This document shows positions 38,560 through 50,800 of a stretch of DNA of 64,000 nt, one piece after another. Positions within the stretch are counted from its first letter, which is position 1. Each line of letters begins with the position of its first letter. The notes beneath the pieces are model-generated. The model was not told the origin of the DNA, made no database searches, and worked only from the letters and a program-made list of their open reading frames with translations. The translations under genes and the position numbers were made by a program. The DNA is from Raillietiella orientalis (taxonomy: Eukaryota), in contig JAYWIR010000004.1 of the NCBI GenBank assembly GCA_036172245.1, positions 6,076,001 to 6,140,000 of the forward strand, in the 5' to 3' direction.

Positions 38560-39110
38560 AAAAGCATCTTTGATAAACTACACGGAACAAAAGAATCTCG
38601 TTTCGAAAGAAATGTGCTCACATGACCATCAATAGATATCGTTGCTAGAATATGGGAGAGGCACCTCGACTAATAATCTCTGATCTCTGATTGATTCAAT
38701 TCTCCAATGGGCTTTCCAAATTCATGCGTACATCATTTTCAATTAATTAATCTCATTGAGAAAACAGTGATCGATAGTTTTCTCAATGTTTCAGATGCCA
38801 ACGGCTTGGATTCAGCACAGGAGGGAACTTTGAAAATTTCGTGGGGCCGCATCCCAAACCGTGTAAGCCAAAGTTGTGTGCGATGCGGAATTGCGAGCGC
38901 AACTTTTCACACCTTCGCTCCAAGGACTGCATCGTTCTGCTTTCAGTTACTATGCTACGGAGAATCCATAATGTGCACACTGCAACCTCAGAGCTCCTCG
39001 TGTTTGAGATCGAAGGGACGGACCTACAGTGAAGCGTCCACAAGCACGCAAGAGGCCACCGTGCTTTTAAGTCCGGTCTTGAAACGCCGACCCAGACGAA
39101 TGTGAGATTT
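38560..39110 (+). mobile_element. RTE-clade RT remnant
   Basis: GFPNSCV (GCPxxFV), NRVSQSCV (NGVKQGCV), TSELLVFE (ELLxADD) and SGLETPTQT (FGLxxxxKT) in order. Confidence 0.4.
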
Positions 39111-40199
39111 GTCATCTTTTGTTGCTGCTGCTTTCTTGATGACTCTTGTCTTATTCGAGTGTTTCTTCAGCAGTCTCAGTAAGATTCAGGTTCATCCAAG
39201 TTCCTTGTAGGGGAATTCGAGAGGACGAGCCATCATTCTCTTGGAATCGGTGCGAAAAACTTTCATTTTCTCCAATGATCTCTGTCTGTAAAATTCAGCA
39301 CCTTCAAGCAGCAAAACATTTCACTCCTCCAGAAAGCTTCCACCACCTCAATTTTGAGGTTCTGTGCAAGGATCTGGGCAATCAGATTCCATGAGGCATC
39401 TGTGGGGAAAAGTGTATAAGAATAAAGTTGAGAAACCTTCCATGTACTCGAATGATTTAAACCGCAACCTTTGCCAGAACCTGGTCCCTCTTGACCCATG
39501 TGTCCTTGAACGTCTCAATTCACTCTCTCCATATGCAACTGATATCCTGATGAGGAATGCTAATGTCAATAGTAATGTTGATGGTCATGCTAATGAGATT
39601 AGCAGTCCTGGTAATAATAGTCACTGTGACATAGGAAAGCATGACATGCTTTCAGCATTCAGGTTGTCCATGTACCAAGCTTTCCAGCCATACCAGGAGA
39701 AGGTTAAAGACGGATTGCCCATGTGAGTGCATTATTGCTCGCGCAACCTTGGGTCCTCAACTTTCGCGCCTTGATCTCATCAACTTCACTTGATGAGCGT
39801 TAGAACAAATAGGCAGAGATGTAATGGGTGGTCCGTGAGAAACTTTCGAATGCGTTGTTCCCCTTGAGGCAGAATGAGAACACAGGGTGCTCAAGGGATG
39901 AATACTCAAGAGTTCCCAAGCCTCGTCTTGGGTAGCCAAGCATCTTCATCAGTTGCATGGCTATTTGAAACAGTGCACTTGGATACATCCGAGGGAAAGC
40001 CATGGAAGAGATTTCAAAGACAAGGCTCCGAAGTATCGGTTCCTAACTTGGTTCCTGACTTGGTTACTCTTCGTGTGTTTGGTAAGGGAAGCGTCTATCT
40101 GGCCGTACCTAGGCAAAACAGTCGGGAACTTGTGCTGCGTTTATGATTTGTTACCCTTCCGTCTTCCAAGTATCTAATCAGGGAAAACGAACAAAAGGA

Positions 40200-40350
40200 A
40201 GATTCACACGAGCAATTGATTCGTCGCATGCGCAGTGTCCGAACGAATGCATCTGCGTACTCTTTGTGAAATTCCCGCTAGTAATCATGAGTTTCCGAGT
40301 GCATAGGGTTGCTGCCGAACTCCGAGGACAGTCCAGTCTTCAGTTGGCAT
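40200..40350. promoter_or_regulatory. Possible TMTC1 proximal promoter
   Basis: NRF1/Ewg-like CGCATGCGCA at 40225-40234, about 400 bp upstream of the ATG. Positional inference only. Confidence 0.2.
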
Positions 40351-40629
40351 GAACTGTGTGCACTTCAGTCGATGCTGCAAGCTCACGGCGTGTAGTGGAA
40401 ACAAAGAAGAGAAGGCCGGTCGCGTCGGGACCCTCGAAGACAGAAGAAGGAGTCCCCAAATCCTTACGCCTTGAATGCTGTTTCCGTTCTTCTATGGGAT
40501 TTAGATAGAGCTGCTGCCGCCGCTGTGAAATTTCAAGAGGCCATATGTCCAATCCAGAGTTGCTCTTGAAGAAATAGAGCATGACCACTTCCGGAGAAGC
40601 GTGAACTGAAGAGGACAGTGAAGAACGCA

Positions 40630-40916
40630 ATGGAACGGGAAGCGACCTGCCAGAAGCTTTCCAGTGTCACAGAACAGACTCTGAAAAGTAGATTTCCTTG
40701 GCTGTATTGCGCTCCAGTGTTCTCTTCCGTCCTCGTCTACCTGAATTCTCTGAATGGACATTTCGTGCACGATGATGTGTGTGCCATTCAAAGAAATGGC
40801 GACGTCTTAGGACTGACTTCACTGGCGGAAGTCTTCACAAACGATTTCTGGGGAGATTCATTGGACGACCCTCACAGTCACAAATCCTATCGTCCTTTAA
40901 CGGTTTTGACATTCAG
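40630..40916 (+). CDS. TMTC1: TMTC1-type protein O-mannosyltransferase, coding exon 1
   Basis: ATG at 40630. Translation contains YLNSLNGHFVHDDVCAIQRNGDV...FTNDFWG...SHKSYRPLTVLTFR, the TMTC N-terminal DD motif and HKSYRPL. Ends AG|GTAATG (phase 2). Confidence 0.93.
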
Positions 40917-41449
40917 GTAATGATGATTCGTTTGATTGAATTTGTGATGGAATGAGAAAGGTGATGTGTTTTCCGAGTCTCGATACGACCTGATCAGCTA
41001 CAGGGACACGTGACGTTCTTATGCTATACATTCGGTAAAAAGAGTCGTGGCACACCGTCAACTAAGAAGAGACCAAAGATCACAATGCGGGTTTATGCAC
41101 ATTGTTTGAGTTTGGAAACGGATGCAGACTGAGAAGGAAATCTTCCAGCATCAATCATTTTCCAGATTTCTCCCAAGTTAAAGAACAAGATTGGAATTCT
41201 TCAGCACGAAAGATATCAGTGGTTATGCACTTCCGGTTTCTCTGGGTTCATTACCTTTTTGCGCCTAGTGACACTTTTGTGCCAACGATGCGTACGACGG
41301 CGGCGGAAACCAAGTAGCTGAAACCCATTCTCCTTGCTTCTGCTTTCCGCCGTGGTTTCGAATGAACCGATTCCTAGCATAAGATGTACGAGTGTGACAC
41401 TCCGTAGGAATGGTCCCAACTCTAGGCCGTGATGCCTATGTCACTGTTT

Positions 41450-43350
41450 CCTCACGGAAACCTCGAATGTTCGACGATCGTTTGTATGAGTTGTCAAGAA
41501 AACTGCCGCAAACTTTTTCTATTAAAGTGGACAGAAACACAATAGAATTTCGAAAGCCATCGCAATATTTTATTGCTTGACAGGTGACCGTATGACGGTG
41601 CGTTCGAGATGGAAGAATGTTCAGATAGCAACTTTGACAGAAGATGCGATGGAGAGACGTAAATGACCCCCATATGGTTTTAATAGTGAGATGGCAACGG
41701 CACAAAAAAACCCTCCTGACAAACTGTGAAGCCAGTCGTTTCGTGGAACGTGGGTGTTTATGAGTGCCTTCTCGATAAATTGAACACGGAGTTGGAAATG
41801 AAACAGGGAGCGACTGCATGCATTTCTGAAGCTGCGATTTCACGTTGCGATGTCTTCGTGTAAAAACCAATCTAAGACGTTCCGAATTTTTCCAATTCGA
41901 TTTTTCCGATGCCTGCTCGGTGCTTTCCACTTCTTGCTTGAATGCGGGGTTTCCCGTTTCGTGAACTTTAATATGGAGAAATGCTTTCGTGTCTTTAGAA
42001 TAAACATGGAAATCAGGATAAGTAGTGTGTCGATGACGATCCAGAAAGCTTCCTGAAACGTGTCAGTGACAAGTGTGCTTAGCTGGAAAAAAAACATGCC
42101 CCTCCTCCTCTGTGGTTTTTCATCACAATCGTCCCGATCCTAAACAAATTAATCCTTTTGATCATCATCATATGTTTAAAGAGGGGAACTTAAACTGTGA
42201 TAATCTTTATGACGCCGAACTTCCTCTGGGTACTCTTGATCTCCAAAAAGTTCCACATTCACCAACCCCGTAAATCAAAGAATGCACCTCGGAATGACTC
42301 TTCATGTGCATTCAAACCGTGCCGAATGCCAACGTTTGAGGAATTTTAACAGGTTTTGGGAGAAAAAGTAATACGCACATTTCGTGGCAATACGTAGAAA
42401 CCGGCTCATTTTATGGCAGCGAGAATCACTAACATCTTTTTCCCGACGGTTCCCTCACGAGGTCTGTCCTAATCACTTAGCTTGATTTCTTCGGAAAGCA
42501 AAACATTAAAAACTGCCCACGGGAGCAGTGTTAAAGTTGAAGGTGATACTTTAGTTAGAGGCATTCTGTTGTACCATGCTTGGGTTTGCCCCCCAAATTT
42601 TCTCTTACAGCTGAAAATGTGCTCTTCTGTGTTTGGCAGCCAAACGCAAACGTGAGCGACCTGTGGAGCTTTCGTTGAGTGACCATGTTCTCAAAAGTAG
42701 GTCTTAGAAAAGATTGCGTGTTCTGTTGAAAGATGACAAAGAACATTAAAGTTATTGCGTGGAAGTAGGCGGCATGTGGGTCACTTAGGGTTTTTTTGGA
42801 TTGGGTTCTTCTCTTCTCGTTTCGCCATGATTCTACCCTTTCATTTGAGGATTCGTGATGAAGCATAAGTACTCGAAACCAGCCATCAAACCTCATCTTC
42901 TAGCATTTATTTCGATGAAGTTTTGGATTCTCTGATCGAAATTCAGAAAAGAAAAACAGTGGATGCTCCAGTCCTCTTTCGTTCCGTACACGAGACGTTC
43001 TGCCTTAGGGCATAGAGAGAAAAGTTGAACCCTTTTCTATCAAAGACGAAGCACGTCTTCGGAGAGAGAACGGAAACATTCTAAAAGAGAAACAGATCAG
43101 TTACGTGACAGCTGGTGTAGCAAAAAGATCCTGTGCTTCAAATAATCTCCGTAGCACGGCGCTCTGGAGATAGCAGCTCCCTAAAGTGGTTTCAAGCGTT
43201 CTGGATGCAAGTGTACTACCTACGTACAACAGACTAATTTCAGCCATATGGTCTGATGCACCAGAGGAGACGATTCTTAATGGGGAGTTACTAAGTAGCA
43301 TGTGCACAAGAAACATTACCAGAATGATTTGCATACGAGGCGCTACAAAC
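41450..43350 (-). mobile_element. Highly decayed CR1/L2-like LINE in TMTC1 intron 1
   Basis: LLSNSP...SDH, NTQSFL (NPKxFW-like), KAPS and DGFR in plausible order. Weak evidence. Confidence 0.25.
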
Positions 43351-43694
43351 TAGCGTTTCTGGGAAACGCAAACAAGCATTGTGTTTCATGGAGGAAAAGT
43401 GGTGACTGACACAGAAACCCTGAGATGCGCTTCTCTTTTTCCAGAGACTTTCTTTCCGATCCACTGTCCGTATTGATTTATTTATATTTACAATTCCTCA
43501 CATGCAATTAAAGATGGCGATTTTTAACATTGCTGTCCACAGAGGATTTCACAAGAAATTTCAGACTTTCAAGACGTTAGGTGTTAATCTGATATGGTCC
43601 TTGAAGTTTGCGAATTTTCAAGAGGGTTTTATTTTTTGACGAGAAATCTGCAACTTTGGATTTTCTTCTCGATACTTAAAAAAAAAACGGCCAA

Positions 43695-43715
43695 AGCAGC
43701 AGCAGCAGCAGCAGC
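43695..43715. repeat. (GCA)n microsatellite
   Basis: About 7 GCA units. Confidence 0.9.
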
Positions 43716-46700
43716 AAATGTTTGGCAAAGTGACGGAAGAATTAAGCGAAACATCAAGCGCTGGTGGATGTTATCAGCAAAACAGCCTTGACAACGAGTC
43801 TTTGCAACCGCAATTTCGGGGATACGAGGGGATTTTTTGAGCAGAAGCGAAAAAAAAGGAACCATTTCAAGATTTCACAGGGAGGGAAACTTCGATTTGG
43901 CGCATCGGAAGATGAATGCATAAGAACATGCGCAATCTTTTATCCGAATCACGCTGTGAATGGATGCATGCAACCATGCAACTTTTATAAGCCCACTTGT
44001 TCGCAAGTAGATTACGAAATTTGTCTTTTGCGCTGCGGAACTTCCAAATGAGCGCTTTCTTTCAGAACTGGCGATTTTTTATGCATTTTGTTTACTCTGA
44101 TAAGTTGGCACGTGAGAGACCAATTTTCGGTAGTTTTGTGCATTCCATCTGTGTCTGTCGCGTGTGCTCATCCGAAAGGGACGAAGTGGAATTTTGTGCA
44201 TTTCATTCTAAATTATGGAAAGATTAATGTCCGGCTATTTCTTTCTGATTGCAAGGTGGTTCGCAAGCATTAATTTTCTTTTTATTATTCCTTCAAATGC
44301 TCGAAATCCATAGCGGTTTCTCAACTGACGGAGCTACGAATGGCGACTCGTGTCGTTTAATACTCGTCCGTGAAAGAAAGGAGTTGTAGTGAAAGAATGG
44401 AGTCTGGGTTGCATCTCTGCTTGTCCGCAGAATATGTAATCCCAATGAACGTAATGTTTTCTCGCATAATTCGTTCAGCCCCAAATTTTTCAAGACTCAT
44501 CATAATGAGAGCCGTCCAACGTTTGGCCGGTTGTAGTTGACTATAGCTGTCAGATTTGATAGTCTTGGATGGAAGGAGGACTTTCCAGTTCGACTCACTG
44601 GGGCGTGGTTTCCTCACCTCGGATGGAGGGAAACAACTGAAGCTCTTATTCCAATTTCGGACTTGTGTAACGTCCCAAGAAAGGTTTCGTCTCTGCATTT
44701 GTTTTTTGATTTCTGTCCTTCGGTTGCTACAAAAGCATTCGAGTAGATACGTCCTACGTTACAGGCATTTTCTTATCCGAAGCTTATTTAAAACAGGCTG
44801 TGGGGACAAAGAAAGCTGCTTTTGTTGTTCTTTTCCTCAGAGCCTTCGGTCCTCCTTCTTCTGGAAGCCTCCTACTCAACCCTGAAAACCGCGTGGGGCA
44901 AAGTGGACTGACCATCAGAATAAATGTTACTCTATACTGTACGTAATGCAATAGTAATACATTATATAAGGTTTCATCACTGTATGCAATGCAATGGCAA
45001 TAATGAGAAATGTCTATTCAATGGGATTGAGTAATAAACATTTGATTATGATGTTTGTTCAAAGAATTTCTAACTGGACGTTTCCTTTGTTGGGATCAGG
45101 AAGCATTCGATTGAGCGAGGTCATCCTTATGAGTAGTTATAAGGATGCAGCTCTTTGATTAATGCCACACTTCAAGCCACTCCAAAGCAAGCTGCTTGCG
45201 AATTGCAAAAGTCAATAAACTTTTTGAAGTCGTACTGCAAGCTCGATAGGAAAGAAACGGCCTTGCGGCGTAGCGTCAGAACATCGGTTCCAAGGTCACA
45301 CGCCTGCAAGAAGCTGAGATGTTTGCTTTCGTTGCAGAGCACGAACGTGTCACGTTTTGTATAGCAGCCAATCGCCTCTGCCCACTTCCGTGTTTTTCCA
45401 TGACGTGAGACCTGTATTAGGTTGCCTCAGATTTGATGTCTCCATGACACTCACTTTTTTCTCACCTTTAAATTCTTATTCTGCATTGTTTTTTTTATTT
45501 ATTAGTTGTTTTCTTTTTTTCTTTCTGTCTCTCTCTCTCTTTTTTTTTCTTAGCAAACTCCGTCTCCTAATTCGTCTCCAATTCGCTAATGCAGCATCTC
45601 CGTTTTCAGAAACATATTTAGCAACTGTATCAGTGTTTTCAATCAAATTTTTTTACAGACTCAAAAATGAAAAGATTTTCCAATTAGTGCTTCCCAATTC
45701 AATTTCCCGTTTCTCCAGAAGTGTTGCCTTCAATGTAATGGTTTTTCACGGGATTTCTTGTATATGCTGGCTGCATTTGCCTTTGGGACCTTCTTGCATT
45801 TCATCAACTTAATCGAAAGATGAAAATGAAGGAAGAAAATTCCTTCTCTCATTCTCATCTTTCGATTTCTTCATCCTGGTGTTTTTAAATATTGCCAGGA
45901 ACCATTTTTGAATTAGCTTTCTCGAGAGAGACTGCGTTTGGAGATCCCGCCAAACGGGTGGATGAGGTGTCCCGGTAACGAAAGCTGCTTGCATTGGTGA
46001 TTCGCGGAATCAGACATGCCTAAGCTCGAACAAGGTGTAAGAAATATTAAGAACCGGAAGCCATTAAAGCAGCAGAAAGGATACGTGAGAAACAAATCTG
46101 GCGTGCACTCCAGCTGCTACCGCTGAGTCATGAACTAATCGTTAGTCGTTATGTTAAAGGAAAAAACAAAAAACAAGCAAGTTCGAGCAACTGCTTAGAA
46201 AATCTAAGAGGCGCTTCCACCGCCGAGAACGTTAGCTGTAACTGGTTTCAAGAAAAGGAGTTTCCCATGACTAGCTTTCACCTCACTCTTCATCCCAAAG
46301 AAATGCGATTTTTCGTGCTTGGAAAGCAAGCAGCAGATAGGAAGCGGGGTAAGCAACAGAGCATTCCAGGAATATATTCCAAGAGGTGGAGTCTCTACGG
46401 TCGTCAGTCGTCAGTTGAAATTTCCCGTACTTTCCTGAAACAAAAAGGAAATCTAAGAAATATTACCATGCGCACCATGCACTCTAAAAAAGGCTCCACC
46501 ACAAGGAGACTAAGGCCACGGGTAATAAGACGGAACGGAAATCTCCTGAGATAGCAAAGAAACTCTCCTACTTTATTTCTAAAATCGAATGCCTTTCTGA
46601 GCTGTCAAGGTCGATGATTGAATTCTGGAAAAACTAAAAAAAAAAGATCACCAGAAAGCTGTCAAAAAAAAGAAAAAGTTTCAGAAAGAGTCTATCATCA

Positions 46701-49299
46701 TTGGTATACGACAAGAAACCTCACATTTTCTGGTGGTTTTGTTGCTTCGGCAACTTCCTGGCTGTAGAGTTTGGCGACGGAGCAGCAGTCTCTCTCTGCA
46801 CTATCGGACTTTCGAGCTGCAGCTAGACATCTGCGTGACAATCTTTCTTTCAAAGACGTAGTGAAACATATTCTTATTTTTTTTTCTAGAAGAAAAACCA
46901 AGTATCTCTGGCGGATCAGCAAAGCTAAAGTGAAAGTGACTGAGATGGTCCACTTTAAATTCGCCACTTACACCAAGTAATTCATAATACGTTTGTTTTC
47001 TCTAAAATTCTGAAGTCACTTTTCCCTGTAGAAAAGCCTTCTTTCAGCACTCACTATCGCTATTTGACTCCTTTGCTTTCTGTGGGTGCAAACGTCTCTT
47101 TCGGAAGAACCTATGCACTTTGAGGAGAGCTCTGCTTACCCGAATCCATTGACGAGGTGGAATATGAACAATATTCGCGTGTAAGAAATGGGAAAGATTT
47201 TTCTTGAAGAAAGGAAATGAGAAAGAAATTCTTTGTATATGTGATTTCCAAGCTAACGCTTCCAGATCAGACATGGAATCCACGAAGACATGGTCCCCGT
47301 GGCATCGCGGTGCCATTCGTTTCTTTCGCAAATTCTTTCTAATTCTGCCGAATAAGAGGAAAACTTCCAATGTGCCACAATTCAGACATTCTCGTGGAAC
47401 CTGAGAGTTCCTGAATAGCAATTGGAAATCCTTGCGCTTGGTGGAGGGCGCGTTTGTTTCTAAAGATAGTCTGACACCACTGTCACGATCTTCTCAACAT
47501 CTCCCGATTATCTTCCACCTTTCCTTTGAGAAGTGTCACACTACAGAGCTCAGCTCACGTGGTAGCTGATAGTTCTTCCGGGAATTCCCGCAGTTTTTAT
47601 ATGGTCGTGTTGTCTGGATCCAAGCATATAGAAGGTATTCTTGATCGAAAACAGTCCAAGCAGTTGCAAGTACAAAGGGAAAATGCAGTAGCAAATAGCA
47701 CAAGGGAAAAGAAGGTGCTGAATTAGGGAAGAATCTAGAAGATGATCACTGCGAAGGGAAATGTAGCCAGATTTGCTGCGTGAAAAGGACCAGAAAGAGA
47801 TGATATTTTACGAATGGTTCACTGTTCCACTACTTGGGAGCTGGAAATGTCTCTTGTAGCCTCAGGTGGCTACACGCGAAACTGTGAAAGGATGGCGTGA
47901 TACGTAACTGCCCACCAGTTTCTATCCCCAGGATGAAGATGGGTTCAGCATCGATCCAACTGTTGCCAATTATCATACGAAAAAGGATGCTCTGTATTCT
48001 TCGGCGGCCTTCTTGCTGCTAAACACAGAAATCAAAAAAAAAATTCCAATATTTCGTGATAAAAGTGCATCTTTTCCTTGTATCCTCTGGCAGTGTAATA
48101 GGCGTGGCACAGATCCATTTTAAGCACTTACGAACAAGATGTCAGTTCATGCTCCATGCCCTGTGCACTTAACCTTTTCTAGACCATTCCATGTTGAAGA
48201 GAGTCAGGAAGTGGTGCTCACTGTGAGGAACTCTCGAGCGCCATGGTTCATTCTCTGACATCCCTAGCCTGGTCACATCTCCATGCTTCCTGGAGTTTTT
48301 TCATACGCTCCGGTAGCTGCGTGGCAATTGCATCTTTCTGGTGCAGCCTGCGTCTCGGGTTCGAAATGCTATAGAGATGCATCAGAAGTCATTACACCAA
48401 ACTTTGGGCAGGCCATCGGTGTTGCACCTAGTATTGCACCACGAAGACGTGCATTACCTATAATTGCACTCCCGGAGGGAACGCACATGATGGATGTTTA
48501 AGATGTTCTTTCGTGCAAGCAGGGAACGGAACCGAGAAGACGTGGAACACACACGATCAGAGTCGGTACAAGATCCTTTTATTCTCCTGAACTCCACCGC
48601 CCTGGGGCTTCGACTTACGGTCCTCCTCTCCGTGCCACCTCCCTTTCACGGCGGATTCTGCTTTCGGCCACTGGGGATGCAGAGGGCTAACCGAAACTTC
48701 TGTTGCTGTTCTCGCGAGCTCTTATACGGCTGAACGGAAGCTCGCAGCTGACGCGGGGTTCTCACTTGGTGCCAGAAACTCCGGAAAACGGGCAGGGAAG
48801 GGGAAGGGATGTACTCGTGAGGAATGTGGAACTCAGGAAACAGGAGGACACACGATCACAGAACCTCGTCAAGGAACCGACTGGACACCGCAGGGGAGAA
48901 GCGTCTTCTGGTTGCTTCGAGGGTCCTTTTGTGATCTTCGAAAAGAGAGAAGTCCTCTCTAATGCCTCCAAGGAAAATCGACGTAAGTGACTGCGAGGAG
49001 TGCGAAGGATGTTCGAAAAGTTGCGCCAGGATATCTCAGCATCCTTCCTCCTCTCCGCTATTGGATTGGTCATCAGCTCGACACCCATGCCTCCTCATCC
49101 TGATCTCAGTCACGACCAAGCGGCAGGAGATCAGCTGCCTACTGAGATCGATTTTCCTCCTTTCTCATTGCTTTCGACCGAGTCCCTGCGTTTCCGGCAG
49201 GATCGCTTCTCCGATTTCTCCTTGCTGCTTTGGAAGGGCCCAACAGGAAGGAAGCCTGAGGCACGCATCGCCATCTTCTAGGATCAAATCAGAAAAGGC

Positions 49300-49860
49300 A
49301 AGCTCCCAAGAGATGTCGCGTAGCCCAAGAAGTAGGTCATGTGGGGTATCGATCGTTCGATGTTAGCAGCTGTACTACATCGTGGAGTCTCTACAGCCCT
49401 TCGTCGGCCTCTCAGAAAGACACAAAAGGCCAGCGACCTTCCGACTCAGTTGCCTCACAATGTCTTTGCTTGGCAGAGTCCACATCCTCCGCATCCCCCA
49501 CACTTGGAAATAGGAGCCAGCTTGATTGCCTGCTGTCTACAGGAAGCGTTCTGATCCACTTCCTGAAATCGTCCAACACTTGATCTGGTGTGCCACAGCT
49601 CAATTCCTCTTTCTGCCCTGACGGTTGTATCGACCACATTCAGAAGGCGACGCGAGGACGACGCGAGTTCTTGGCTAGCAGCCAGGAGAATCCCGACGCG
49701 AAGTCCTTACTTCGACCTGACCTTTCTGTGAGAAAAGGAGACCGTATTGTAATAGGAAACTCATGCAACTCCTTCCCAATAAATTCCTTCGCGAACCTTC
49801 TGGAACGCCATCTGCGTTTCAGAAGACTCGCGAAGAGAAACAAAGAAGATACGGAAATTA
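49300..49860 (+). mobile_element. REL-endonuclease non-LTR element C-terminal remnant
   Basis: CLL..SVLIHFL (knuckle), CIDHIQKA, and SLLRPDLSVRKGDRIVI (LRPD motif). Confidence 0.5.
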
Positions 49861-50349
49861 CGCATTCTCTACCTCTCGTTTGCAGGAACCCAAGTCTCAG
49901 TTCATGCAACCATCAGGGATTCGTTCGAATCCTAGGATTCCAAGAACGTGTGTAAAGCAGCCCTGTGTGTAGAGTGGACGGAGGGATTATAGAGAACAAA
50001 GGGTCCGAAATCTTTACTGCGTCTTCATCATTTTCCTGTTCTTTCGTGTCTTGTCCTTATCCTCATCCTGTCCGTATGAAAGTTATGGTATCGTTTCAGA
50101 AATCCGTTTTCAAGAATCGCGTGAGCGCATCGTGTGTCCGTTGCAGCAATCGCAACGTGGTCGTAGTGGTTGGCGCCAGTTCTTGCGCGTCGAAGCTCTG
50201 GCCGGTTTCTTCACCAAAGGGCCGAGTATACCACGCAGTCATATTACCGACTATCCCGCGGTAATCTCACTAAGCTCCACCACTTTGTCGAGGCCCAACT
50301 ACCTGATTTCCAGCTCTGAGATCACCTCTTCGTGTTGAGTATCGAAGGA

Positions 50350-50800
50350 CCACAGAAAGTCAACCAGTTGGGATCGCGCGGTCATCTGAACACGCTTCGT
50401 TGATAGAGAGACCGCGAGGTCTTTGGATCTGAACTCCTTTCTTTCTCGAACACTTCTGAACGCGATTCAGGGATACTCTCGAAGTGTCAGGCAACATCCA
50501 GTATGATGACCATTCTTCTTTCATCGCGTACGCAGTACCAGATCCGGATGAAGACGACAATCCACTCCAAGATGGGCTTATTAAGGGAAACCACTTCCCA
50601 GATCCCTTCAGCTGCTGTCATAATCGATAAAGCAATGAGCCGTGTCCCCGAATGCACACGTAAGTGTGCCAAATACAGGGATCTAGCTCATGAAGCAGCG
50701 TCTCATTCCCAAATCGACATCTTCTGCAGCTGCGATGCTGTTTTCGGTGTGCAATTCTTTTGACTGGGAGGACATAGAGCTGGAAGACATGGATAAATCT
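50350..50800 (+). mobile_element. REL-endonuclease non-LTR element C-terminal remnant (R2/R4-like)
   Basis: ERDSGILSKC (ETxxHILxxC-like) and AVIIDKAM...RKCAKYRDLA (D...KxxKY motif). Confidence 0.5.

Noticed and set aside
39900..39975. G-patch-like IAMQLMKMLGYPRRGLG on the minus strand
   Set aside because: Short isolated match with no supporting exon structure or neighbouring domains.
44500..44760. Gypsy integrase-like words VVVDYS and TSDGGKQ
   Set aside because: Only two short motifs with compressed spacing. Insufficient to call.
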